From the NCBI GenBank assembly GCA_000503915.1, contig CP006915.1:720001-752000 (forward strand): a DNA stretch of 32,000 bases, in the 5' to 3' direction. A model generated the notes under the pieces. The model was not told the DNA's origin. It saw only the letters and a program-made list of their open reading frames with translations, and searched no databases. Positions 23,794 to 32,000 of this stretch are shown here, piece after piece. Both the position numbers and the translations under genes were made by a program. Position 1 is the stretch's first letter. Every line of letters starts with the position of its first letter. Origin of the DNA: Candidatus Saccharimonadota bacterium (lineage in GTDB: Bacteria > Patescibacteriota > Saccharimonadia > Saccharimonadales > Saccharimonadaceae).

Positions 23794-24927
23794 ATGGACT
23801 ACGACAAACTCGCTCTTGACCTACATAAACAGTACGGCGGAAAGATAGCCACTCACCTACGCGACACCTCACAGCTCGATACGACCAAACTCAGCGCTTA
23901 CTACACGCCAGGTGTCGCAGCCGTCAGCAAGGCCATCGCCGACGACCCGAGTAAATTGCCCGAATATACCTGGACGAACAATCTCGTTGCGGTTATTTCC
24001 GATGGATCGGCAGTACTTGGCCTTGGCAATATCGGTCCGAAGGGTTCAATGCCAGTCATGGAAGGAAAAAGCCTACTCTTCAAGCACTTTGCTGGTATTG
24101 ATAGCATTCCGATCACGCTCGATGTTCATACGCCCGATGAAATCGTTAGCGTCGTCAAGGCCATCGCGCCCAGTTTTGGCGCCATCAACCTGGAAGATAT
24201 CGCCGCGCCGCAGTGCTTTGAGATCGAAGAGCGGCTGAAGAAGGAGTTGCCAATCCCTGTCTTCCACGACGATCAACATGGTACTGCCACCGTGGTGCTT
24301 GCTGGCCTCATCAATGCTGCAAAAGTGACAGACCGTGATCTCGCGACCAGCAAAATCGTCGTGGTTGGAGCGGGCGCGGCCGGCACGGCGATCATTAAGA
24401 TTCTTAAACTCTACGGCGTCGGAAAGATATTGGCGGTCGATTCAAAAGGTATCGTCTCGCATGCTCGTAGCGACCTCAATAGTGCAAAGAAGCTACTGCT
24501 TGAACACGCCCACGGTGATGAGGACGGCTCGCTCGCTGATGCCCTAACCGATGCCGACGTCTTCATCGGCGTCAGTCAGCCCGGTCTCCTTACAAAAGAG
24601 CTTGTCAGAACTATGGCCAAAGACCCGATCGTTTTCGCACTGGCTAACCCGAAGCCAGAAATTTTACCCGAAGACGCCCATAGTGCGGGTGTTGCCGTCA
24701 TTGCAACTGGTCGTAGCGACTTCCCCAACCAGGTCAACAACGCCATCGCCTTCCCGGGTATCTTTCGCGGCGCTCTTGACCACCAGGTTCGCGATATCAC
24801 CGACCAGCACAAGATTGCTGCCGCCGAAGCAATCGCCAGTATGGTTGCTGAGCCGACGGCTGACTGCATTATTCCAAGCGTCTTTACGGAAGGTTTAGTC
24901 GAAACAATCGCCGACGTCATTCGCTAG
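23794..24927 (+). CDS. NAD(P)-dependent malic enzyme (short form)
   Basis: 377 aa. YTPGVA, VISDGSAVLGLGNIGP, FHDDQHGTA, and the GAGAAG Rossmann motif. Confidence 0.85.
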   Translation: MDYDKLALDLHKQYGGKIATHLRDTSQLDTTKLSAYYTPGVAAVSKAIADDPSKLPEYTWTNNLVAVISDGSAVLGLGNIGPKGSMPVMEGKSLLFKHFAGIDSIPITLDVHTPDEIVSVVKAIAPSFGAINLEDIAAPQCFEIEERLKKELPIPVFHDDQHGTATVVLAGLINAAKVTDRDLATSKIVVVGAGAAGTAIIKILKLYGVGKILAVDSKGIVSHARSDLNSAKKLLLEHAHGDEDGSLADALTDADVFIGVSQPGLLTKELVRTMAKDPIVFALANPKPEILPEDAHSAGVAVIATGRSDFPNQVNNAIAFPGIFRGALDHQVRDITDQHKIAAAEAIASMVAEPTADCIIPSVFTEGLVETIADVIR

Positions 24928-26558
24928 ATAACGCGGTTGACTTCTTCAAGCGTCGTCTCACCACGCAAGGCCGCCAGCACGCCAGCCTGAAGCAGCGTTA
25001 CCATGCCGTTTTCTTTGGCTGACTGCTCGACGATTTCTGTGTGGAATTCATCCTTGTCGCCACGGAGGAACTTCTGGATTTCTTCATCAACAACCAATTG
25101 TTCCATGATAACGATACGACCCTTGTAGCCAAACGGTGTCGCCTCTGAAGGCACCGGTTTCCATAATTTAAAGTTATCAAGATCCGGCTTTTCTACCGAT
25201 TCGGGAAGATCGCTGAGCACTTCGCGCACCCATTTTCTGGTCGCTTCATCGGGTTCGTACTCCTGCTTCGTCTCGTCGTGCAGCCGACGTACCAAGCGCT
25301 GTGCAATCACCAGGCGAATCGCGGTCGAAAAGATAGGGTTCTGGCCAATCAGGTCGATCATACGGCTAAAAGCGGCGGCCGAGGAGTTGGCATGGAAGCT
25401 TGAGAGTACCAAGTGTCCGGTGATCGAGGCCTGGATGGCAGTCTTTGCGGTATCCTGGTCGCGGATCTCACCGACCATGACGACATCTGGGTCAAGCCGA
25501 AGGATTGCGCGTAGACCATCGGCAAAGCTTTGACCTGCCGTAGTATTGACGGGGATCTGTGAAATACCGGAAATCCCGTATTCGATTGGGTCTTCCAGTG
25601 TCAGGATCTTGCGGTCGGTCGTATTGAGCGCATTGAGCATACTGTAGAGTGTCGTGGATTTTCCGCTACCGGTTGGACCGACCATCAGTACCATACCACG
25701 CGGATGCGAGATGATTTCATCGATTTCTTTTCGCTGTTTGGCAGGAATATTGAGTCGATCAAGTTGCAAGAGACTTTCGTCAAAGTTAAATAGTCGCAGC
25801 ACCGCATCTTGGCCATACATGGTTGGCACGGTTTCGACACGCAAGTTTAAAAGATGCGTACCTTGTTCGGTCGTAATCTCTTTTTGCATATGACCGGACT
25901 GTGAACCCTCGGCAGCAATCGAGATATTAGCTCGAGATCCGAGCGCGCCCATGATGACCCGATAGCGGTCTTTACCAAGCTCCGCGACCGGGTGAAGCGC
26001 ACCATCGATACGCATCCGCACCCGTATCACCTCGCGCTGATTCTCGATATGGATATCGCTCGCACCGAGCTTGTCAGCCTGGTCAATTAAATAGTCAAAT
26101 ACTTGATCGGTACCAACGGAATTTAGCGTCCGACTAACTTCAGCCAGTGTATCACTATCACCTTCTCTGGCGATCTGAATGTCTTCATAAATAATTTCCT
26201 TAGGCGGGTCATAGCGGTTCATGAGTGCCTTAAAACCGCTGCCGCTGATCATCAGAAACTGGATCGAATCACCGCGTTCGTTATAGTCACGACGCATTTT
26301 CTCAACGAGTGACTGCGGCGTCTGTGTGGTAATACCAAACCGGTACGGTCCGTCGTCATCGCCGCGTTTTAAGGGGACGAGCCGCCCCTGGTACATCTCA
26401 GGAATTTCTAGTGCGCCCTCGACAAGCGCTAAATCTTTTTCGATCGGCCGCGTATCAAGATACGGTACGCCGAGGATCGCTGCCCGCTGCTTGGTCGCAT
26501 TTTCGTCGTACTCCCGCCGCTCGGCTTGGACTTTATCTTCATTCATTACTCTTATCAT
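24924..26558 (-). CDS. pilB: type IV pilus assembly ATPase PilB (GspE family)
   Basis: T2SSE N-terminal domain, Walker A GPTGSGKST, Asp and His boxes, Walker B. The track ORF extends to TTG 26591. ATG 26558 (MIRVMNEDK) or ATG 26546 is more plausible. The stop shares a CTAG with the malic enzyme stop. Confidence 0.85.
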   Translation of the reverse strand: MIRVMNEDKVQAERREYDENATKQRAAILGVPYLDTRPIEKDLALVEGALEIPEMYQGRLVPLKRGDDDGPYRFGITTQTPQSLVEKMRRDYNERGDSIQFLMISGSGFKALMNRYDPPKEIIYEDIQIAREGDSDTLAEVSRTLNSVGTDQVFDYLIDQADKLGASDIHIENQREVIRVRMRIDGALHPVAELGKDRYRVIMGALGSRANISIAAEGSQSGHMQKEITTEQGTHLLNLRVETVPTMYGQDAVLRLFNFDESLLQLDRLNIPAKQRKEIDEIISHPRGMVLMVGPTGSGKSTTLYSMLNALNTTDRKILTLEDPIEYGISGISQIPVNTTAGQSFADGLRAILRLDPDVVMVGEIRDQDTAKTAIQASITGHLVLSSFHANSSAAAFSRMIDLIGQNPIFSTAIRLVIAQRLVRRLHDETKQEYEPDEATRKWVREVLSDLPESVEKPDLDNFKLWKPVPSEATPFGYKGRIVIMEQLVVDEEIQKFLRGDKDEFHTEIVEQSAKENGMVTLLQAGVLAALRGETTLEEVNRVI

Positions 26559-26583
26559 AGCAAACCGCCTACGCTTTTTATAG

Positions 26584-26592
26584 TGATACAAT
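26584..26592 (+). promoter_or_regulatory. extended -10 (TGaTACAAT), 7 nt upstream of the methyltransferase ATG (leaderless architecture)
   Basis: TGATACAAT-AGAGTCC-ATG(26600). No SD. Confidence 0.5.
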
Positions 26593-26599
26593 AGAGTCC

Positions 26600-27085
26600 A
26601 TGCCGGAAATCACTTTGGTTCTTCACAATATCCGCTCGACCTACAATGTTGGAGCCATTTTTAGAACAGCTGAAGGTTTTGGCATAAATGAGATTATCTG
26701 TAGCGGCTACACACCGTATCCAAAGCGTGAAGCTGACACACGTCTTCCGCACCTCGCGGATAAAATCACCGCCCAGATCCACAAGACCGCGCTCGGTGCG
26801 GAAACAATGGTGCCTTTTGAATATTATGAGACGTTTGAAATGTGGCGCAAAGCGCAGCCAGACCTACCGCTTCTTGCTCTTGAACAAGCCGAAAATAGCA
26901 CTCCACTCCGCGACATAGCCGCACCCAAAAAGTTTGCTTTGCTGCTAGGCGAAGAAGTAAATGGCATCGCGCCAGAACTACTAAAACACGCTGACAACAT
27001 CATCGAGATACCGATGGTTGGGAAAAAAGAATCTTTCAATGTATCGGTCGCAGCCGGTATCGCGCTATATGCTTTGATGGCTTGA
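26600..27085 (+). CDS. SpoU/TrmH-family RNA 2'-O-methyltransferase
   Basis: 161 aa. NVGAIFRTAEGFG, LLLGEEVNGI, and IPMVGKKESFNVSVAAGIALY (SPOUT knot motifs). Confidence 0.8.
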   Translation: MPEITLVLHNIRSTYNVGAIFRTAEGFGINEIICSGYTPYPKREADTRLPHLADKITAQIHKTALGAETMVPFEYYETFEMWRKAQPDLPLLALEQAENSTPLRDIAAPKKFALLLGEEVNGIAPELLKHADNIIEIPMVGKKESFNVSVAAGIALYALMA

Positions 27086-27129
27086 TTATTCGTAGCGTGT
27101 AAGCAGAAGTGTGATTCATTATAAGAGAA

Positions 27130-30100
27130 TTACTTCAAAACGACGCTATCTTCGCCGAGCTGCTTGATGAGCGCGGCCACCAGACTATCACTTGTATCGA
27201 CGCGGAATGGCAAGCGAATGGCTGATTTCTTGTCGGCGCCGAGTACCAGGACGATATCGAAGATGCCGGGATGTTTCGCGCATTCTTCCTTCAAAAACAT
27301 TAGACTTGTATCGTCATCAGGGTCTTTAACGTGGACATACAGCTTCAGGTTCTTCGGCGTTTCCGGCACATAGACCGGCTTCTCGACAACCGCCGGCTTC
27401 TTTGTCACCGTCACGGCGCTTGTTTTACTTGCTTTCGGTGTTTTCATAGCTCGGCCAGTCGATTCGTATTCGGCCAGTTCCTTGTCACTGACTTCGATCA
27501 GCTCATCGGCAATAATCTTCGCTTCGGTTGTTATATTACCATCACGATCGCGCGCGTTGACTTTACCAGTCGTCCGCACCACTTTATCCTGCTGTAAAAT
27601 ATTGATCGACTGTCCGTACAGATCGGGGAAGACAATAATCTCCGACTCACCCATCTTGTCCTCGATACCTACGAAGGCCATCTTCGATCCGGACTTGGTG
27701 ATAATAGTTCGCACCGAAGTGATAATTCCGCCTACTGTCACTTTTTTATTGTCAATTTCCGGCGTCAGACTACTGAGTGGAATCGTTTGTTCGCTAAAGT
27801 ACGCTTCATAGTTATCAAGTGGATGCGCGCTGATGTAGAGGCCGAGTAGTTCTCGCTCCCATGTCAGCCGCTCACGCTCGGTATGATGTACCGGTGCTTG
27901 AGACAGCGTCACACTCGGTTGAATGTCGCTGTTGCCAGTGAGGTCACCAAACAGATCGGTCTGACCGCTCAGTGCATCCTTTTGCAACTTGCTGGCAAAC
28001 GCCTGGATGCTCTCAAGATTGAATAATAGGTCAGAGCGGTTACCGAGTGAGTCGAAACCACCAGATTTAATCAGTGACTCCCAAGCCTTTTTGTTGAACT
28101 TCGAGGTCGAGACACGCTTAGCGAAGTCTTCAACGCTGACGAATTTTCCGTCTTCGCGCGCCCGCAGGATCTCCTCGACAGCACCAACGCCGACACCCTT
28201 GACCGCCGCCATACCAAAGCGGATCGTACGCTCACCCGGCACAACGGCGAACTCGACGAACGATTCGTTAACGTCCGGTGCAAGAACCGTCAGTCCCATA
28301 TGACGACACTCAGCGATCTCAATCGCCAGCCGTTCAATGTCATCCTGGTCGCTGGTCATGAGCGCGGCCATAAAGGCATCCGGATAATGCGACTTTAGGT
28401 ACGCAGTCCAGTACGAGATCAAGCCATAGCAAGCGGCGTGCGATTTGTTGAAACAGTAGTTGGCGAATTCTTCCAGCTGATCCCAAAATTTCTCGGCGAC
28501 CTCTTTCGTTGCGCCACCGTGTTTCACCGCACCCTCGACAAACTCCGGCTTTACCTTTTGCATCAGATCAATCTTCTTCTTACCCACCGCCTTACGCAGC
28601 GTATCAGCCTGGCCACCGGTGAAACCGCACCATTCTTTGGAAATCTGCATAAATTGTTCCTGATAGACGAGAATACCGTAGGTACTCTCGAGCGAGTTTT
28701 TCATACCCTCGTGTAAGTATTTGATCTGCTCGTCGCCATGCTTACGGCGAATAAAGCTATTGATAAATTGCATCGGGCCCGGGCGGTAAAGCGCTACCAT
28801 GGCAATAATATCCTCAAATACCGTCGGTTTCAATTCGCGTAGATATCGTTTCATGCCCGCCGACTCTAGCTGAAAGACGCCCGTGGTATCACCGCGTTGG
28901 AACAGCTCGTAGGTCTTCGCGTCATCGAGTGGAATGTCAGCGAGAATGATATCGTTTTTGTAGACTTTTTTGATGATACGAAGCGCATTATTGATGATCG
29001 TTAAGTTGGAAAGTCCCAGAAAATCCATCTTGAGAAGACCGAGCTCTTCGACTGGCACCATTGGGTACTGCGTTGCAATGACACCCTTTTGTGCCATCTC
29101 AAGCGGCGTATAATTGACGATATCATCGGGCGCAATCACTACACCCGCTGCGTGGACGCCATGCGAGCGGATCGTCCCCTCTAGCCGAATAGCATAGTCA
29201 AATACCCGCTTGGCAGTTGGATTGTTTTCATACTCACGCTGTAAGTCTGGATCGTTTTCAATACTCTTCTTCAGCGGGATGTGCCGACCCTGTACTGGTG
29301 GCGGAATCATTTTCGCCAAACGATCACTTTCTGCGTAGGGTACTTCAAGCACCCGGGCAACGTCGCGTACCGCCGCCCGGGCCGCCATTTTACCAAACGT
29401 CACAATATTGGCGACACGTTCCGAACCATACTTATTCGCACAATATTCGATGACTTCACCACGCCGGGTATCCTGGATGTCGATATCGATGTCGGGCATC
29501 GAGATACGATCCGGGTTGAGAAAGCGCTCAAAAAGGAGATCATACTTTAACGGGTCGAGATCAGTAATATTGAGTGCATAGGCGATAATACTACCTGCCG
29601 CCGAGCCACGACCTGGACCAAAGATAATACCTTGCGACTTGCCCCAGTTGATAAAGTCCTGGACGATTAGGAAATAGCCGTTGTACCCCATTTTGTCGAG
29701 TACTGCAAGCTCCATATCAAGGCGTCCAATGACCTCTTCGCTGAGCTTGGGTCGGATAACTTCGACTGATAGTGCCTCAACCTCGTCAGCATCCATACCG
29801 GTGTAGCGCCTGGCGAGACCACGATAGACCAGCTTATCGAGGTATGACTTCTCTGTTTCGCCGTCTGGCACCGGAAAACGCGGGATCAAGATATTGCCCA
29901 GCTCGATTGTCACCTCGCAGCGGTCAGCAATCCGGCGCGTATTGGCGATTGCCTCGGGATCGGTCTTTTGCCAACGCGCAATGATTTCTTCCGGCTCTGT
30001 GACGTGGAGCTCAAAGTCTTTAAGGCTCATGCGACGCTCATCAGATAAATACGCCGCTGTACCGACACAGAGGAGGATCTCATGCGCCTCTTGGTCGTCG

Positions 30101-30771
30101 TGCCTTAGATAGTGCCCATCACTGGTGACAACGCGCGCGATGCCAAGTTCTTCGGATAGTCTGGCAAGATGCGCGTTTATCTTTACCTGTACTTCCCAGG
30201 CGGCCGGTGACTCCAGATGTCCGTGATCTTGCAGTTCCAAATAGTAGCGGTCACCAAATACCTTTTTATACCAGCTGGCGATACGTTTGGCTTCCTCGTA
30301 GTTATCGAGTTTTAGGTGCTCGCCTAGCTCGCCGCTGGCACAACCACTCAGGACGATAATGCCTTCGTTATACTGCTCAAGTAGTTCATGGTCAACCCGT
30401 GGCTTGTAATACATTCCTTCAAGGTTCGCCTTGGAAGAAAGCATCATCAGGTTTTTATACCCCTGGTTGTTCATTGCCAGTAGTGTCAAATGATAACGCG
30501 CCTTGTCTTTGGCGGGATCGCGATCAAAACGAGAGCGCGCCGCAACGTAGGCCTCAATACCGATGATCGGCTTGACCCCGGCGGCGGTTGCCGCTTTGTA
30601 AAATTCAATCACCCCGCTCATTGTACCGTGATCAGTGACAGCACAAGCCGTCATGCCGAGCTCTTTTACCCTCTCGACTAGCTCATCGACCTTCGTGAGT
30701 CCATCGAGCAGACTATGATGCGTGTGATTATGCAAATGAACATAATCAGACGGCTGCAGCACATTCCCCAT
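27130..30771 (-). CDS. dnaE: DNA polymerase III alpha subunit DnaE
   Basis: 1213 aa. PHP domain HLHNHTHHSLLDG, the polymerase core (palm, thumb, fingers), HhH and OB fold, and a C-terminal domain. Confidence 0.92.
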   Translation of the reverse strand: MGNVLQPSDYVHLHNHTHHSLLDGLTKVDELVERVKELGMTACAVTDHGTMSGVIEFYKAATAAGVKPIIGIEAYVAARSRFDRDPAKDKARYHLTLLAMNNQGYKNLMMLSSKANLEGMYYKPRVDHELLEQYNEGIIVLSGCASGELGEHLKLDNYEEAKRIASWYKKVFGDRYYLELQDHGHLESPAAWEVQVKINAHLARLSEELGIARVVTSDGHYLRHDDQEAHEILLCVGTAAYLSDERRMSLKDFELHVTEPEEIIARWQKTDPEAIANTRRIADRCEVTIELGNILIPRFPVPDGETEKSYLDKLVYRGLARRYTGMDADEVEALSVEVIRPKLSEEVIGRLDMELAVLDKMGYNGYFLIVQDFINWGKSQGIIFGPGRGSAAGSIIAYALNITDLDPLKYDLLFERFLNPDRISMPDIDIDIQDTRRGEVIEYCANKYGSERVANIVTFGKMAARAAVRDVARVLEVPYAESDRLAKMIPPPVQGRHIPLKKSIENDPDLQREYENNPTAKRVFDYAIRLEGTIRSHGVHAAGVVIAPDDIVNYTPLEMAQKGVIATQYPMVPVEELGLLKMDFLGLSNLTIINNALRIIKKVYKNDIILADIPLDDAKTYELFQRGDTTGVFQLESAGMKRYLRELKPTVFEDIIAMVALYRPGPMQFINSFIRRKHGDEQIKYLHEGMKNSLESTYGILVYQEQFMQISKEWCGFTGGQADTLRKAVGKKKIDLMQKVKPEFVEGAVKHGGATKEVAEKFWDQLEEFANYCFNKSHAACYGLISYWTAYLKSHYPDAFMAALMTSDQDDIERLAIEIAECRHMGLTVLAPDVNESFVEFAVVPGERTIRFGMAAVKGVGVGAVEEILRAREDGKFVSVEDFAKRVSTSKFNKKAWESLIKSGGFDSLGNRSDLLFNLESIQAFASKLQKDALSGQTDLFGDLTGNSDIQPSVTLSQAPVHHTERERLTWERELLGLYISAHPLDNYEAYFSEQTIPLSSLTPEIDNKKVTVGGIITSVRTIITKSGSKMAFVGIEDKMGESEIIVFPDLYGQSINILQQDKVVRTTGKVNARDRDGNITTEAKIIADELIEVSDKELAEYESTGRAMKTPKASKTSAVTVTKKPAVVEKPVYVPETPKNLKLYVHVKDPDDDTSLMFLKEECAKHPGIFDIVLVLGADKKSAIRLPFRVDTSDSLVAALIKQLGEDSVVLK

Positions 30772-30779
30772 ATGCCTTT

Positions 30780-30785
30780 AGTATA
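30780..30785 (-). promoter_or_regulatory. -10 box TATACT, 8 nt upstream of the dnaE ATG
   Basis: Minus strand TTCGCTATACTAA-aggcat-ATG. This is the same 13-mer as in the clpC promoter. No convincing -35. Confidence 0.4.
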
Positions 30786-30816
30786 GCGAATTTTTCTGAG
30801 TAGGGGTGTAGTGAAA

Positions 30817-31113
30817 TTAGCGTTTGCCAGCTTCGATCGTTTGGCTAACCCCATGAAAGAAGTCACCGAGCGGTGGCACGACCTGTGCAAGCATACTGAG
30901 TATCCAGAGGATCAGCGCTACTCCTAACGTACCGCCGATAACTGTACCGATACCCATCATCAGGCCGCGAATAAAGTTCATTTTGTAGACCTGAGCACGC
31001 GACCGATTGAAGTCATAAAACAATTCTTCGAGTAGTGCTCGGCGAGCGCCGCGCTCATTGCCTTCTTTGACACTCTGATTGGTAATCTGTGCCACTTCTT
31101 TTACTTTCTTCAT
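30817..31113 (-). CDS. small membrane protein (possibly DUF5665-like)
   Basis: 98 aa. Charged N-terminus, then FIRGLMMGIGTVIGGTLGVALILWILSML. The family assignment is from memory and weak. Confidence 0.5.
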   Translation of the reverse strand: MKKVKEVAQITNQSVKEGNERGARRALLEELFYDFNRSRAQVYKMNFIRGLMMGIGTVIGGTLGVALILWILSMLAQVVPPLGDFFHGVSQTIEAGKR

Positions 31114-31118
31114 ACAAA

Positions 31119-31331
31119 TTACTTCCGACTTTTTCCTAGCTCATCAACCGCAGTTTTTGCCTTTTCGACCAGGCCATCACGCGTTGACTTGGCCTTCGTC
31201 TTTAGGTCACCGGCCTTATCTTTCAGATCTTCACGGACTTCCTTACCGCTTTTTGGAGCTGTCAGAACGCCGGCTACTATACCGACCGCTGCGCCGACAA
31301 TTGCACCGAGAATAGTTCTACTCTTCGCCAT
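31119..31331 (-). CDS. YtxH domain-containing protein
   Basis: 70 aa. ILGAIVGAAVGIVAGVLTAPKSGKEVREDLKDK is the YtxH signature. AAGGAGA SD upstream. Confidence 0.75.
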   Translation of the reverse strand: MAKSRTILGAIVGAAVGIVAGVLTAPKSGKEVREDLKDKAGDLKTKAKSTRDGLVEKAKTAVDELGKSRK

Positions 31332-31352
31332 ATCGTTCTCCTTCTGGAAGGG

Positions 31353-31595
31353 TTATTTTTTAGTTTTTTTCTTGACTTGATCCATCACTAGCTTCAATAG
31401 AAGCATAGGTGAAGTGACTTTACTGACTTTTTTTACAACCGACTCAATCTCCGTGGCGGTTTGTTCCGCCGATGCCGTCACGCGGCGAATCTGTCTGGTT
31501 ACTCGTATCATAAGTACCATGAGAATGATGGCTGCCAGTAGAAATAGAGCTAAGAATACCGATAGGATGATGACGAGGATTTCAAATGCGTTCAT
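31353..31595 (-). CDS. DUF948 (YtxG-like) membrane protein
   Basis: 80 aa. N-terminal TM segment followed by a charged helical region. Sits immediately upstream of ytxH, as in the Firmicutes ytxGH pair. Confidence 0.6.
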   Translation of the reverse strand: MNAFEILVIILSVFLALFLLAAIILMVLMIRVTRQIRRVTASAEQTATEIESVVKKVSKVTSPMLLLKLVMDQVKKKTKK

Positions 31596-31638
31596 GGTCT
31601 TTTGCTGTTCCTTTATACTTAACGATTCGTTCCCTTCT

Positions 31639-31667
31639 AGTATACTGGCTCAATCCGCCAATGACAA
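31639..31667 (-). promoter_or_regulatory. candidate promoter TTGTCA-17-TATACT for the DUF948-ytxH cluster
   Basis: Minus strand -35 TTGTCA (31667..31662, inside the inverted-repeat arm) and -10 TATACT (31644..31639). Confidence 0.5.
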
Positions 31668-31698
31668 ACCTCACCCCGGAATGAGGTGAGGTTTGTCA
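31662..31698. other. perfect 14-bp inverted repeat (TGACAAACCTCACC-N9-GGTGAGGTTTGTCA)
   Basis: Arms at 31662-31675 and 31685-31698. It begins 18 nt after the glsB-like stop. No U-tract on either strand. It overlaps the -35 of the downstream promoter. Confidence 0.7.
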
Positions 31699-31716
31699 AG
31701 GCTTGACGCCGTTTTG

Positions 31717-31992
31717 CTATTCAGCCGTTGGCTTATTGCCCGTAAAGAGCTTGACCAGAAAGAGCAGGACAACTGCACCAATCAAGGCTACCACGAAGCT
31801 CCAAAGATTGAAGCCTGTCGTGCCGCTGGCGCCAAACAGTGGCAGGAGCAAGTTACCGATGACCGCACCGATAATACCGACGAGGATATTCATAAATACC
31901 CCCATCGACGCGTTGGTTTTCATGATCATTGAAGCTACCCAGCCGGCGAGTCCTCCGATAATAAGCGCCCCGAGCCAATTACCTAGATCCAT
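31717..31992 (-). CDS. GlsB/YeaQ/YmgE family (transglycosylase-associated) stress membrane protein
   Basis: 91 aa. GALIIGGLAGWVASMIM...ILVGIIGAVIGNLL...VVALIGAVVLLFLV is the typical three-TM, Gly-rich pattern. Confidence 0.75.
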   Translation of the reverse strand: MDLGNWLGALIIGGLAGWVASMIMKTNASMGVFMNILVGIIGAVIGNLLLPLFGASGTTGFNLWSFVVALIGAVVLLFLVKLFTGNKPTAE

Positions 31993-32000
31993 TACACACC

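Noticed and set aside
27086-27129. The convergent gap between the methyltransferase and dnaE genes as a bidirectional terminator.
   Set aside because: No stable inverted repeat or U-tract is visible in the 44 nt.

Overview
This window is dense, roughly 95% coding, and mostly on the minus strand. It is housekeeping DNA with very short intergenic regions and several overlapping gene ends. Gene content suggests a small Gram-positive-type or Patescibacteria (Saccharibacteria-like) genome: a ComGC-type prepilin, an orphan PilB, clpC-radA-yacL synteny and a CIRCE operator. That lineage call is inference only.

Gene order, left to right: FAD-linked oxidase (partial, -), tRNA-Leu(UAG) (+), orphan 61-aa gene (-), rsmD (-), PLC/P1-nuclease-like protein (-), recG (-), HAD-IIB hydrolase (-), tyrS (-), class A PBP (+), PIN/TRAM YacL-like (-), radA (-), membrane HExxH/coiled-coil protein (-), clpC (-), nusA (-), 529-aa prepilin with Cys-hairpin repeats (-), secreted DUF1524/His-Me nuclease (-), aminopeptidase N (+), RNase HII-YraN fusion (-), rplS (-), malic enzyme (+), pilB (-), SpoU/TrmH methyltransferase (+), dnaE (-), then four small stress-type membrane proteins (-).

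I found no rRNA, CRISPR array, transposase, integrase or recognisable defence gene.

The best candidate for something undescribed is the giant ComGC-like pilin plus the adjacent secreted nuclease (17279-19648). This could be a DNA-capture or host-adhesion module. Other notable signals:
- An exact CIRCE operator in front of clpC that also forms the nusA terminator.
- A terminator-like hairpin in the nusA leader.
- A recurrent -10-box-then-ATG (leaderless) architecture at several genes.
- A strongly signalled orphan 61-aa gene.
- An RNase HII-YraN fusion.

All functional calls come from motif recognition by eye. No database search was possible.
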